Shown one piece after another: positions 24,765-33,381 of a stretch of 64,000 nt of DNA; the stretch's first letter is position 1, and each line of letters opens with the position of its first letter. The position numbers were made by a program, and so were the translations under genes. The stretch is from Burkholderiales bacterium. GTDB taxonomy: Bacteria > Pseudomonadota > Gammaproteobacteria > Burkholderiales > Burkholderiaceae_C. Below the pieces are notes generated by a model. The model saw only the letters and a program-made list of their open reading frames with translations. It was not told where the DNA came from and did not search any database. The stretch lies in contig JABEVE010000004.1 in the NCBI GenBank assembly GCA_013044035.1, positions 7,588 through 71,587 of the forward strand, in the 5' to 3' direction.

Positions 24765-25219
24765 CCGCGCCCACCCTCACCCAAAGGCTGAAAAGCCTCA
24801 TGCGTAACGCCCGCCGCCAGGGGGGCAGCCAAGGCCCCAAGTCGTGCGCGTCACTCGCAGTTGACAAGCAGGCGCGCAAGCTCGACGCCGAGATGACGGC
24901 TGCCATCCAAGACGGTGACACCAACCATGAGCTTGAGGCCCGGCGCGACCTGCTGGCGCAAGCCAGGGCGCTGTATTCGACTTCCTGGCTCTCCAGCTCG
25001 GCGCGCTGCACGATTCGCCGCGCCCAGCAGCTGCTGGCGCAGCGCGTGGTGTGGCTGGCGCGCTGCGGGGACATGTGGGGCTTCGGCGACCTGCCCGAGC
25101 TGCGCCAGCGTGCGCTACGCCTTGCCCAGCAGGCCGAGCAGGCCAAGGTGGCGGTGCCCATGGCCGCAGGCCATCAGCACTTGCAGCTTGAGCTTTTTGA
25201 GGTGGAGGCAGCCCAATGA
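24761..25219 (+). CDS. Hypothetical protein
   Basis: ATGA-coupled to upstream ORF and to repA. Confidence 0.6.
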   Translation: MTAPTLTQRLKSLMRNARRQGGSQGPKSCASLAVDKQARKLDAEMTAAIQDGDTNHELEARRDLLAQARALYSTSWLSSSARCTIRRAQQLLAQRVVWLARCGDMWGFGDLPELRQRALRLAQQAEQAKVAVPMAAGHQHLQLELFEVEAAQ

Positions 25220-26118
25220 GAATCGACATTGGTTCTGCTTTTGAGAATGAGCCGCCACCACTCGATTTCGTTTTGCCAGGCTTGCTTGCTGGCACTGTCG
25301 GCGCCTTGTTCAGCCCTGGAGCAACAGGCAAAAGTTTCCTGCTGCTGGAGGCGGCAATGGGGATTGCGTGCGGCGTGGCCGGCGGTGATTTGCTGGGTTT
25401 GAAGATGCACACCGGGCGCGTGGTTTATCTCGCGGCAGAAGACCCGGCGCCGGTGTTGAAGCATCGCGTCCACGCGATGGGCCGGCACTTGCCACCAGCC
25501 GCACGCGAAGAAGTCGCGGCGAGCCTGGAGATTGAATGCGTCATTGGTAAGCGCATGAATCTCATGGAAGAACGTCAACTCGAGCAGCTTTGCAAAAAAG
25601 TGGAGGGAGCGCGGTTGCTCGTGATCGACACAATCAGCCGAGTCCACACGCTCGATGAAAACAGTTCATCTGACATGGGGCAACTCCTTGCCGCGCTTGA
25701 GTACCTCTCGGCAGAGAGCGGGGCGGCGGTCGTCTTTGCGCATCATGTGGCAAAAAGCGCGGTGCGTGACGGCCAGGGCGACCAGCAGCATGCAGCCAGG
25801 GGATCTAGCGCGCTTACAGACAGCGCACGCTGGGGCGCTGCGCTCACTCGGATGATGCAAGAAGAGGCCAAGAAGCTAAGCGACGACCCCACAAAAATGC
25901 GCCCGATTGGAGAAGCTTCGAGGCATTGGTACGTGCGTATGTCGGTGCCAAAGAACAATTATGCCGAGCCAATACCCGATCAATGGTTCGTGCGCGGAGC
26001 GGGCGGGGTTTTAGTGCCGGCCACGTTGCTTGAGGTAGGCGGACATCCAGATTCGGCGGCCAAAACAAATAGCTATAAGGTCGGCAAGGATGGGGGGCGA
26101 AATGCAAACCCCTTCTAA
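25216..26118 (+). CDS. repA: IncQ/RSF1010-type replicative helicase RepA (AAA_25)
   Basis: PPPLDFVLPGLLAGTVGALFSPGATGKS, YLAAEDP, LLVIDT, VFAHHVAK, QQHAARGSSAL, KNNY match RSF1010 RepA motifs. Confidence 0.9.
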   Translation: MRIDIGSAFENEPPPLDFVLPGLLAGTVGALFSPGATGKSFLLLEAAMGIACGVAGGDLLGLKMHTGRVVYLAAEDPAPVLKHRVHAMGRHLPPAAREEVAASLEIECVIGKRMNLMEERQLEQLCKKVEGARLLVIDTISRVHTLDENSSSDMGQLLAALEYLSAESGAAVVFAHHVAKSAVRDGQGDQQHAARGSSALTDSARWGAALTRMMQEEAKKLSDDPTKMRPIGEASRHWYVRMSVPKNNYAEPIPDQWFVRGAGGVLVPATLLEVGGHPDSAAKTNSYKVGKDGGRNANPF

Positions 26119-27220
26119 GCCAAAAGGAGTGCGGCGCAAGCGCCTGCCGGCGGCGGCGCGGGCCGACATGCAGCGAACGCGGCAGGTCGCACGGCATGAG
26201 ATGGCCCTGGGGCTGATGAGCATGTTCCGCCCTCTGCCCGATGGGGCGCAGCGCCGTGAGGTGCGCATCGAGCAGAAATTCGCGGGCGGCCTGGTGCGCA
26301 TCATGGGCGTGGAGATGAGCCAGCTTGAGCAAGGCGTGTTTCTCGCCTTGCTCGCCATCGCGGCGCGCGGTGGAAGTCTGAAAACCGCGCTCGATGCTGG
26401 GCTGTTGCCAGGCTTGCCGCACCAAAATGCCCCCAAGGATGCCAAGCCCGAACAGAACATAGCCGGGGCCGCGCAGACCATCGAAATCAAGACTTCGCTT
26501 GCAGAGCTTTGCCGGGTTGCGGGCCTATCAGACCGGCCCGGCAGTAATACGAGGGAAAGCGTCAGGCTGGCATTCCAGCGGCTCGCGATGATCACGGTCT
26601 ATGCCGAGGGCGGCAATGGCGCCTGGGGTATCACACACCTGATTGCCGGGGCAATCGGGCGGGGAGATGAGGCGGGTAGCGTCGTCGCCAGGTTGAATCC
26701 GCGCAGCACTGCTGCGGCGCTGGGGGGACGGAGCTACGCGCCCATATCGATGCCGGATTACAGGTCTCTGCCAACGCCCACGGCTCGCGTGCTTTATGCC
26801 TGGCTTTGCTCATGGTTTGCAGGTCGAACTGGCGCGCGGCTGATCGGCCTGGACAAGCTCGAGGGGCATGTGTTCGGCGCGATTGCCGAGGACCGCAGGC
26901 GGCGCAGCGAGCGCCGTGCGCAGATCAAGAGGGCGCTCGAAGCCATTCAGAACTGCGGCAGCCAATTCAACTGCGCCATCCTGGGCGAGCAGGCCAGCAT
27001 CACCCGGGAATTTGAGCCCGGCGTTGAACCTGAACTTCTGGTACGCCGAGCGCCGGACACTGATACGCCGAGCGCCGGACAGTCCCCCCATGAAAAAAAC
27101 CCCGTACAAGTAGCTGCTACAAGTAGCAGCAGCGCAGTGCTGCGCGCTGATCGCTTGCACTGCTCTGAAAACCAAAAAGACAAAAAGACGGGGCAGACGG
27201 GGGAGGAATTTGCAACATGA
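26102..27220 (+). CDS. repC: IncQ-like replication initiator RepC (divergent)
   Basis: Overlaps repA end; RHE..GLMSMFRPL, VARLNPRSTAAALGG, PISMPDYRSL..TARVLYAWLCSW resemble RSF1010 RepC blocks. Confidence 0.75.
   Translation: MQTPSKPKGVRRKRLPAAARADMQRTRQVARHEMALGLMSMFRPLPDGAQRREVRIEQKFAGGLVRIMGVEMSQLEQGVFLALLAIAARGGSLKTALDAGLLPGLPHQNAPKDAKPEQNIAGAAQTIEIKTSLAELCRVAGLSDRPGSNTRESVRLAFQRLAMITVYAEGGNGAWGITHLIAGAIGRGDEAGSVVARLNPRSTAAALGGRSYAPISMPDYRSLPTPTARVLYAWLCSWFAGRTGARLIGLDKLEGHVFGAIAEDRRRRSERRAQIKRALEAIQNCGSQFNCAILGEQASITREFEPGVEPELLVRRAPDTDTPSAGQSPHEKNPVQVAATSSSSAVLRADRLHCSENQKDKKTGQTGEEFAT
27167..27213 (-). repeat. Left arm of imperfect inverted repeat flanking the primase gene
   Basis: Reverse complement contains CCCCCGTCTGCCCCGTCTTTTTG, matching 28195-28231. 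Confidence 0.6.
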
Positions 27221-28194
27221 ACACCACCACCAACCCCAGGCAAGAGCTCGATGCCCTGCGCCACCTGCCGCCCCAGGGCGTGGCTGACCTGCTCGGGCTA
27301 ACCCACGACCAAGCTGCCCAGCGCCGCCATGGCGGCGCCGGCTATACCTACTGGCACCTGCCGGACGGCACGCTCATCACCGTGCGCATGGGCCGCTCAG
27401 GCTGGGTCTGGCACCCGACCCAGCGCGACGACGACGGCGGAGGCGACTGGCTGGCTCTGTACCAGCACCTGCATCCCGGCGCAACCCTGGGCCACGCGCG
27501 CAAAGCCCTGCGCCAAGCCCTGGCGGGCGGCCATGCGGCGCAGCAGCGGGCTTCCGCGCCCCTGCTGGCGCCCCAGGCGGCCACCGCGACCGTGGAGCCG
27601 CCCAAGCCTTTGAAGTTGTGCGAACCGCCCGCGTGGGCTGTGGACTATCTGCAGCGCGAGCGCGGCATCCCCATGTCCACCATCGAGCACGCGCTGATGC
27701 ATGCGGCCGTGTCAGGCCATATGCCCGACCTCAAGGCCGTGCACCTGGCTTTCCCACACAGCCAGCGCGACCAGACCGTGACTTGGGCGGAATTGAGGGG
27801 GCCGCTCGAAGCTGATGGAACGCGCGGCAAAAAGGCGAGCAGGGGTGTCAAGGGCCTTTGGATTCTCCCCCCAGAGGGGGAGAGCCGCCACATGGTTGTG
27901 ACTGAAGGCGCCATCAAAGGCCTGGCGCTGCATGCCCGGCTTGCCCAGGCCTCAAAGCCGGCCTGGATCGTGAGCACCGGGGGCAATCCTGGGCAGCACC
28001 AGCAGCAGATGTTGGCCTGGCTGGCCGCCGAGCTTGGTATCAGCACCCTGGCCCTGGCCCAGGACGGCGATGACCCAGGCCATCACCAGGCTGGCCGCCT
28101 GGCCGCCACCCTGCGCGATGCGCGGGGTCTCAAGGTCGTCCGCATGGCGCCACCACCGGGGTGCAAGGGCTGGGACGACTGGATTTCGCCCTGA
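27217..28194 (+). CDS. Toprim-domain primase-like protein (DUF3991/Toprim type)
   Basis: GDWLALYQHL, YLQRERGI, VVTEGAIKGLA, VSTGGN, LAQDGDDPG Toprim motifs. Confidence 0.8.
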   Translation: MNTTTNPRQELDALRHLPPQGVADLLGLTHDQAAQRRHGGAGYTYWHLPDGTLITVRMGRSGWVWHPTQRDDDGGGDWLALYQHLHPGATLGHARKALRQALAGGHAAQQRASAPLLAPQAATATVEPPKPLKLCEPPAWAVDYLQRERGIPMSTIEHALMHAAVSGHMPDLKAVHLAFPHSQRDQTVTWAELRGPLEADGTRGKKASRGVKGLWILPPEGESRHMVVTEGAIKGLALHARLAQASKPAWIVSTGGNPGQHQQQMLAWLAAELGISTLALAQDGDDPGHHQAGRLAATLRDARGLKVVRMAPPPGCKGWDDWISP

Positions 28195-28231
28195 GCACTT
28201 TCCCCCCGTCTGCCCGTCCTTTTGATTTTCA
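28195..28231 (+). repeat. Right arm of imperfect inverted repeat flanking the primase gene
   Basis: GCACTTTCCCCCCGTCTGCCCGTCCTTTTGATTTTCA. Confidence 0.6.
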
Positions 28232-28232
28232 T

Positions 28233-28249
28233 TTCGCCGCCGACTGAAT
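28233..28249 (+). promoter_or_regulatory. Island motif TTCGC-N8-GAAT, degenerate copy
   Basis: TTCGCCGCCGACTGAAT about 54 nt before ATG 28302. Confidence 0.5.
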
Positions 28250-28301
28250 AGAGGTAGGCGCCCAATCAGCGCCTCCCCCACTTAACCACCAGGAACCCAT
28301 C

Positions 28302-28772
28302 ATGACCACCACTATCACCCATCCAAACCTTCAAAATCAAATCGACAACCTCGCCCGCCGAATTTATGCCGAAAATTATCTGCGTTCGCGCGGCGACAAA
28401 ATCGGCTTATTCGGAGCGCTGAAGGCCTGCAATTTTCAGAATTTCCACCAGTTTTTCGCATCGGGCAATGTGGATTATCAGAAGATACCCGAAGAAATCC
28501 AACGGGCTGTTTTCGCGGCCACCGTGGAAATCGCCCGGATCGAGGCCGAGAAACAAAACCCCGGCACGCCGCGCCACTTCCATATCACCCAGAAGCACAA
28601 CGGCGGGTATGAGATCGAGTATTGGAGCGATGCCGACCGCGCATTTATCTCGGAAACGCTGAATGCAAAAGAGAAAGCCTTGCTGCACGTTCTGCTCGGT
28701 GAGATTGCCGACCGTCGCCGAGTTAATCCGGCAACTCAATTACCCGAGCCGACCAACCCAACTCAGCATTAA
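28302..28772 (+). CDS. Hypothetical protein
   Basis: 156 aa ORF with AGGA RBS; more AT-rich than host genes. Confidence 0.7.
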   Translation: MTTTITHPNLQNQIDNLARRIYAENYLRSRGDKIGLFGALKACNFQNFHQFFASGNVDYQKIPEEIQRAVFAATVEIARIEAEKQNPGTPRHFHITQKHNGGYEIEYWSDADRAFISETLNAKEKALLHVLLGEIADRRRVNPATQLPEPTNPTQH

Positions 28773-28786
28773 ACAGGAGTATCCAA

Positions 28787-28939
28787 ATGGAAAAGAACTT
28801 GCGCTTTTGGCTGCCGATGCTGCTAACCATGCAGATTATACAAGCCATATTCATGACCTATTTGCTGTCGCCCACACCGACGCTTGCGCAATTGAATCAC
28901 GCGCACGCCGTCATTTTCAACCAGGAGCGCGGCAAATGA
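28787..28939 (+). CDS. 50-aa small membrane protein (below ORF-track cutoff)
   Basis: AGGAG RBS; MEKNLRFWLPMLLTMQIIQAIFMTYLLSP...; stop overlaps next ATG. Confidence 0.65.
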   Translation: MEKNLRFWLPMLLTMQIIQAIFMTYLLSPTPTLAQLNHAHAVIFNQERGK

Positions 28940-29163
28940 TTTACATCGAACTCGAAATCACGCAGGAAGGCCTGGCGCTGGCAACGGTAGAGCACTACCA
29001 CTCCCCCGGCGCGTGCAGCTACCGCGCCGCCCACGTCCTGCCGCCTGACCTGGCCGAGCAGGCCAAGCAAATCGGCGACTTCCTGCTGCAGGACTACTCC
29101 AAGCGCGCCAGCCTGCCCGAACTTGGTTATCAGGCGCCAGGCGCTTCGCCTGCCGCTGAATAA
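28936..29163 (+). CDS. 75-aa hypothetical protein
   Basis: ATGA-coupled start, MIYIELEITQEGLALA... Confidence 0.6.
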   Translation: MIYIELEITQEGLALATVEHYHSPGACSYRAAHVLPPDLAEQAKQIGDFLLQDYSKRASLPELGYQAPGASPAAE

Positions 29164-29190
29164 CCTCATCACATCCATCCGGAGCAAATC

Positions 29191-29388
29191 ATGTTCATGA
29201 CCAAGGCCTTTCAAAACAAACAGCAATACATCCTCGCCATCATTATTCGCCTCGCATTTTTCGCCAGCGGCCCGCTGCTTTTGCAGTCGCACCCGCTGTA
29301 TTTGATTGTCTGGATCGGCGGCCTCTACGCGATGTTTTTCCACCGCTGGGGCTGGCCGGTGTATCGCCCCGCACCCAAGCAGGAGTAA
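29191..29388 (+). CDS. 65-aa two-TM membrane protein
   Basis: GGAG RBS; hydrophobic YILAIIIRLAFFASGPLLL and LYLIVWIGGLYAMFF. Confidence 0.65.
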   Translation: MFMTKAFQNKQQYILAIIIRLAFFASGPLLLQSHPLYLIVWIGGLYAMFFHRWGWPVYRPAPKQE

Positions 29389-29391
29389 GCC

Positions 29392-29747
29392 ATGCTCGAC
29401 AAAATGGACAAAATCAGGGTGGCACATTTTCGCATCCGCGTCACCCTGTTTTGCATGATTTCGGCGCATTACTCGCGGGCGGGGGTTATCTCGCGCACGA
29501 GCAATTGCTGGCGCCTGCCTTTTCTTATTTGCTCGGCTCGGTATTGAATGCCTGGGGCGCGGGTGGCTGGTTTATCCAGCACACGCACGGCCCCTTTGCT
29601 GTGGCCGCCTTGTTTTATCGGAGCATGCAGCCGGGCGGATTTGGTTGGGCAAAAGCACTGGAAGCGGCTGGGGCAGGAGCGTTTCTCGGTCTGCTGGTCC
29701 CGGTTTCGATTTTCAGCATCAAGAAACAAGGAGTTGAAAATGCTTAA
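29392..29747 (+). pseudogene. Probable frameshifted small membrane protein gene
   Basis: RBS and ATG at 29392 are out of frame with the hydrophobic ORF 29451-29747; one extra A in the run at 29401-29404 would join them. Confidence 0.4.
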
Positions 29748-31323
29748 ATTTCTGAGGGCGCTCAAAATGTTTGGGCTGATGTTTGGCGCTGGCTTTGCCG
29801 CATATATTCTTTTTTCTTTATTCGGCCACCCTCAAGCCGGCGCTGGGATTTTCGTGGCGGCGTTTTTGCTCGCCGGCGTTTTGGTCTGGACTGAGTTCTT
29901 CGCCGCGCCGGCGCCGGCGGTGCGTTCTGGGATTCGGGACGTGAGCGAGGATGCGGCGTATCTGCGCACCCTGGCCCAGGGCTTCGACCCGGAGCAGTTC
30001 ATCGACTTGCGCAAAGGCATCTTCATTGGCCTGGATGGCAACCGCAAGCCCATCTATCTGCCTCTCCAGACGCTCGACAAAAATCACCTGGAAATCTTGG
30101 GCGAGAGCGGAGTGGGCAAGTCGTCGTTGGCGGGAGTGCTGTTGAGCCAGCTCGCTGCATCGGGCGAAGCGGTGATCGTGTTCGACCCCAAACCGGACGA
30201 GAAACTGCCTGGCGTGCTGGCACGCCAGGGCGAAAAGCACGACTTTCCGGTCGTGGTGATCGACCTGCGGCACACGGCCAGCTTCCCCCAGATCAATCCA
30301 TTCCATGGATGCCGACCAGACCAGGTGGAAGAGCTTTTGCAGGTGGCCTTGGAGCTCGGCAAAACCGGCGACGCAGGGGTGGATTTTTATCGCGGTGGCG
30401 ATCGCGAGGCAACCTCATGGATTGCCGAAGCCGTGGCCGCAGACCCCTCCCGCAGCCTGCCTGACATCATCAAGGCGGCGAGTGATGATGAGGCGATCAC
30501 CGAGAAAGAAAACCTGTGGCGCGAGCTGCGGCAGTTGGGCCGCATCAAGGCCTTTTCGACGCGCGAGCAAGGCATCGACCTGGCGGCGTTGCTAGAGCAG
30601 CCGGGCGGCGTCGTGCTCTATGTGATGGGCTCGACGACCAAGTTGGAAATCGGCTCGGCGCAAAAGCTGCTTTTGCAGCGCGTGCTCCAGGTGCTGGAGG
30701 ATCGCAGCGACAAGTCGAAGCCAGTGGCCTTGTTCCTAGACGAGCTCAAATACCTGTTGAGTCCAGCAGCCCTCAGGGCCGCAGGGACTATTCGTGACCG
30801 CAATTCGCACCTTGTATTTGCGCATCAAAGCCTCGGTGACTTGGACGACTGCCCGGGCTTGAGCCCCAAGGCTGTGCGGGGCGCGATCTGGGGTAACAGC
30901 GGCATCAAGTTCGCGTACAAGATGCTCGACAGCGCAACGGCCTTGGAGCTCTCGCGCCTGGCCGGCGCGTCGCGCGCCGACGTGCAGACGATGAGCAACA
31001 CGGCCAACGACAACGGCGGAAGCACAAACACATCATGGACCCAGGCGGCCCGCGAGTTCATGCCGCCCCACATCTTCAGCCACCTGCCCAAGCCGGCAGG
31101 TGGCGAGGCATCAGTGGGTGTCGTGTTCGGGCTTGGGACCGCGTTTTATCTGTCCACCCGCTGGCTCCAGACCGGCGAAACACCCGCGCCGTTGCGCGTC
31201 GAAGAGCCGGCCGACCAGGCCGACGCCGCACCGATTTCGCATGCCGCTGAATCAGGTCAAGAGGCACCCGAAGCCCAGGCCGAAGCGGCCCGCGCTGACA
31301 GCCTCGAAGACTTGTTGAAGTGA
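29740..31323 (+). CDS. mobB: Type IV coupling protein, CloDF13 MobB-like
   Basis: Two N-terminal TMs, Walker A GESGVGKS, VIVFDPK, Walker B LFLDE, FAHQSLGDL; directly before a MOBC relaxase. Confidence 0.8.
   Translation: MLKFLRALKMFGLMFGAGFAAYILFSLFGHPQAGAGIFVAAFLLAGVLVWTEFFAAPAPAVRSGIRDVSEDAAYLRTLAQGFDPEQFIDLRKGIFIGLDGNRKPIYLPLQTLDKNHLEILGESGVGKSSLAGVLLSQLAASGEAVIVFDPKPDEKLPGVLARQGEKHDFPVVVIDLRHTASFPQINPFHGCRPDQVEELLQVALELGKTGDAGVDFYRGGDREATSWIAEAVAADPSRSLPDIIKAASDDEAITEKENLWRELRQLGRIKAFSTREQGIDLAALLEQPGGVVLYVMGSTTKLEIGSAQKLLLQRVLQVLEDRSDKSKPVALFLDELKYLLSPAALRAAGTIRDRNSHLVFAHQSLGDLDDCPGLSPKAVRGAIWGNSGIKFAYKMLDSATALELSRLAGASRADVQTMSNTANDNGGSTNTSWTQAAREFMPPHIFSHLPKPAGGEASVGVVFGLGTAFYLSTRWLQTGETPAPLRVEEPADQADAAPISHAAESGQEAPEAQAEAARADSLEDLLK
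31236..31252 (+). promoter_or_regulatory. Island motif TTCGC-N8-GAAT upstream of mobC (within mobB 3' end)
   Basis: TTCGCATGCCGCTGAAT, identical to copies at 33321 and 38462. Confidence 0.6.
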
Positions 31324-31373
31324 ACCACAGCCCCGGCGCCGGCCGGGGGCTGTATAGACAAAGGTGAATCATC

Positions 31374-32114
31374 ATGCCCATCATCGCAGACCCCAAACAA
31401 CGCATGGAACGCGCTGAGCAAAAGAAAACTTTGCTGCTGCGTTTTTTGCGCGAAGAGCTCTACACCACGCCACATGTTGCAGCCAAGGTCATGGGCGTGG
31501 CGCCGCGCGCTGCACGGGCCACCGTGGCCGCCCTTGAGGCGGCCGGCTTCGTCAAGCGCCACCGCATCCCGCTCGTGCCCGGCCTCCCCCCCTTGGTTCT
31601 CATCGGCATCACGCCGTCAGGTCAAAGCATGGCGTTCGACCCGTCAACAGAAGTGCCCATCGAGCGCAGCTTCGAGCCCGGAAGGTTCAGCTTGAACTAC
31701 CTCAAGCACACGCTCGAAACCCAGCAGCTTCGCATCCAGGCGCAATACGCCGGTATCACCAAATGGGTGAGCGGCGACCGCATGGCTGCCGTGCAAAAGG
31801 GCATCAAAAAGCCCGACGCCGTGGCGCTCGATGCGGCCGGACGGCGCGTCGCAATCGAGGTCGAGCGCAGCGTGAAAGGCCCGAAAAGCTATGCAGACGT
31901 GCTGGCCGGTCACCTGACCGCCATGCATCAAAACAAGTGGCAGCGCGTGATCTGGTCAAGCCCAGACGCCAAGACCCGAGACCGCGTGAAGACCTTGATT
32001 CTTGCCGTCAAGCGCGTGCGAATCCTAGGCATCGACACACGCATCGACCCAGCCAAGCATCACCAAAATTTAGCGTTTTGCGAGCACAAAGAGTTCGTCC
32101 ACCTGCTCACCTGA
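31374..32114 (+). CDS. mobC: MOBC-family relaxase, CloDF13 MobC-like
   Basis: LRFLREEL N-terminus, HTL, and PDAV..AIEVERSVKG (D..ExE) motif. Confidence 0.82.
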   Translation: MPIIADPKQRMERAEQKKTLLLRFLREELYTTPHVAAKVMGVAPRAARATVAALEAAGFVKRHRIPLVPGLPPLVLIGITPSGQSMAFDPSTEVPIERSFEPGRFSLNYLKHTLETQQLRIQAQYAGITKWVSGDRMAAVQKGIKKPDAVALDAAGRRVAIEVERSVKGPKSYADVLAGHLTAMHQNKWQRVIWSSPDAKTRDRVKTLILAVKRVRILGIDTRIDPAKHHQNLAFCEHKEFVHLLT

Positions 32115-32125
32115 AAGGAGAAATC

Positions 32126-32365
32126 ATGAGCATCCTCAAGCCCAAAGCCCCCGCCAAAACCGCTGCCATGTCGCTGCGCCTGCCTGCCGAATTGCACCAG
32201 CAGTTGCAGGCCTTGCAGGCCGATGCCGACCGCGCCGGGTTCATTTTTGACGCATCCGATGTATGCGTCAAAGCCCTGGCCGCAGCGGTGAAAACTGCCC
32301 GCGCCGAACTGGCCGGCGCAGGGGCGGAACGTGCTGCGCACGACCGCCAGCAGGCCGCCTCGTAG
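32126..32365 (+). CDS. Ribbon-helix-helix (CopG/Arc-like) protein, probable relaxosome accessory or regulator
   Basis: AAGGAG RBS; AMSLRLPAELHQQLQAL pattern. Confidence 0.7.
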   Translation: MSILKPKAPAKTAAMSLRLPAELHQQLQALQADADRAGFIFDASDVCVKALAAAVKTARAELAGAGAERAAHDRQQAAS

Positions 32366-32384
32366 CCTTCCCTCCCGTCTGCCC

Positions 32385-32408
32385 AAGCCCGCAGCGTGCG
32401 GGCTTTTT
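32385..32408 (+). terminator. Rho-independent terminator of the mob operon
   Basis: AAGCCCGC-AGCGT-GCGGGCTTTTT. Confidence 0.75.
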
Positions 32409-32665
32409 GCTGTCCAGCGCATACAGCCGTATATACGACTGCTTACAGCCCTCGCGCCGTTGTCTTATGTCTTGCGGATGGCGCATGCCGACTGGCGCAA
32501 GCGGGCGGCGCGAGAAAGCGCACAAAGGCACGGCGCCTGACCAGGGTAAGCCTCCCCTGCGCCTGCGGCGCTGCCCTAGGGGGCACCGGGGAGGCCGCGG
32601 GCTGGACGCCCGCGCCCCTGCTCATTCTCCGCCCAAGACGGGCACGGCACGACCCCGCCCCTGCG

Positions 32666-32754
32666 GAGCGAGTGCGCGCGAAGCGCGGGGCTTGATTCTG
32701 TTGTTGCTCAAGTTGTGAGCAAAACGCCGCCCCGCGCTTCGCGCGCACTCGCTC
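32666..32754. repeat. Perfect 26-bp inverted repeat with nested hairpin; oriT candidate
   Basis: GAGCGAGTGCGCGCGAAGCGCGGGGC (32666-32691) and its complement (32729-32754) enclose TTGCTCA-AGTTG-TGAGCAA. Confidence 0.65.
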
Positions 32755-33320
32755 CCAAGGGGAGCTCGGCTTCGGGCGGTGAACCTGCCCTCGGCCCCAG
32801 CCTGCCCTAGGGGGCAGTCCGTGGCTCGGCTCCACTTCGCCCTGGGGGGCTCAGTGGCCCGACCTGCGCTGAGGGAACGTCCTTCGGACGACCCTCGCTT
32901 GTGCCGTGCGGGCTCTGCCCCCACTGGAAGCGCTCGGCTTGGGCCTCGCTTGCTCGGGCGGTGCAGGGGCTCGGCTGCGCTGGCGCTTGCCAAGCCATGC
33001 CCCGTCCACTCGCATTCCAGCGGCCCCCCCGAAACAAACCGGTCTGGACGACCGGCACCAGGCAAGCCGGGCGCTGCGGCCCGGCACCAAGCGCCACCCA
33101 AACGCCACTGCCAACCGTGCTTGCTCGCACCGCGCCCTGCAAGGCAGACGGGCTCCGCCCGAAGAGGGCCTGCGGCCCGATGCTTGCCCAGAGGCGACGC
33201 CCTGCGGGCGGGACGTTCGCCAACTGCAAGGGCCTGCGGCCCAGCCCCAGGCCGTGGACAAGTGACGTGCAAACCAAGGTTGCTCACTTGCCCACCGCCA
33301 CCACCCAGAGCGCCGCGCAT

Positions 33321-33337
33321 TTCGCATGCCGCTGAAT
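33321..33337 (+). promoter_or_regulatory. Island motif TTCGC-N8-GAAT
   Basis: TTCGCATGCCGCTGAAT, followed by hairpin, GGAG RBS and ATG 33382. Confidence 0.65.
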
Positions 33338-33381
33338 GCAGGTGCGGACCCCGCATTCACCTTCAACAACCGGAGCACATC

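Noticed and set aside
29429-29444. Ninth copy of the island motif (TTCGCATCCGCGTCAC)
   Set aside because: It has the left half but lacks the GAAT half, so it was not counted.
28302-32114. Filamentous prophage (small coat genes plus Zot/pI ATPase)
   Set aside because: The ATPase has N-terminal TMs like a coupling protein rather than pI topology, is followed by a MOBC relaxase, and no RCR initiator or pIII-like gene was seen.
32779-33381. N-terminal 200-aa extension of the 476-aa ORF 32779-34209
   Set aside because: It runs through the hairpin-rich non-coding region with Arg/Pro/Ala-biased nonsense; a good RBS and ATG are at 33382.
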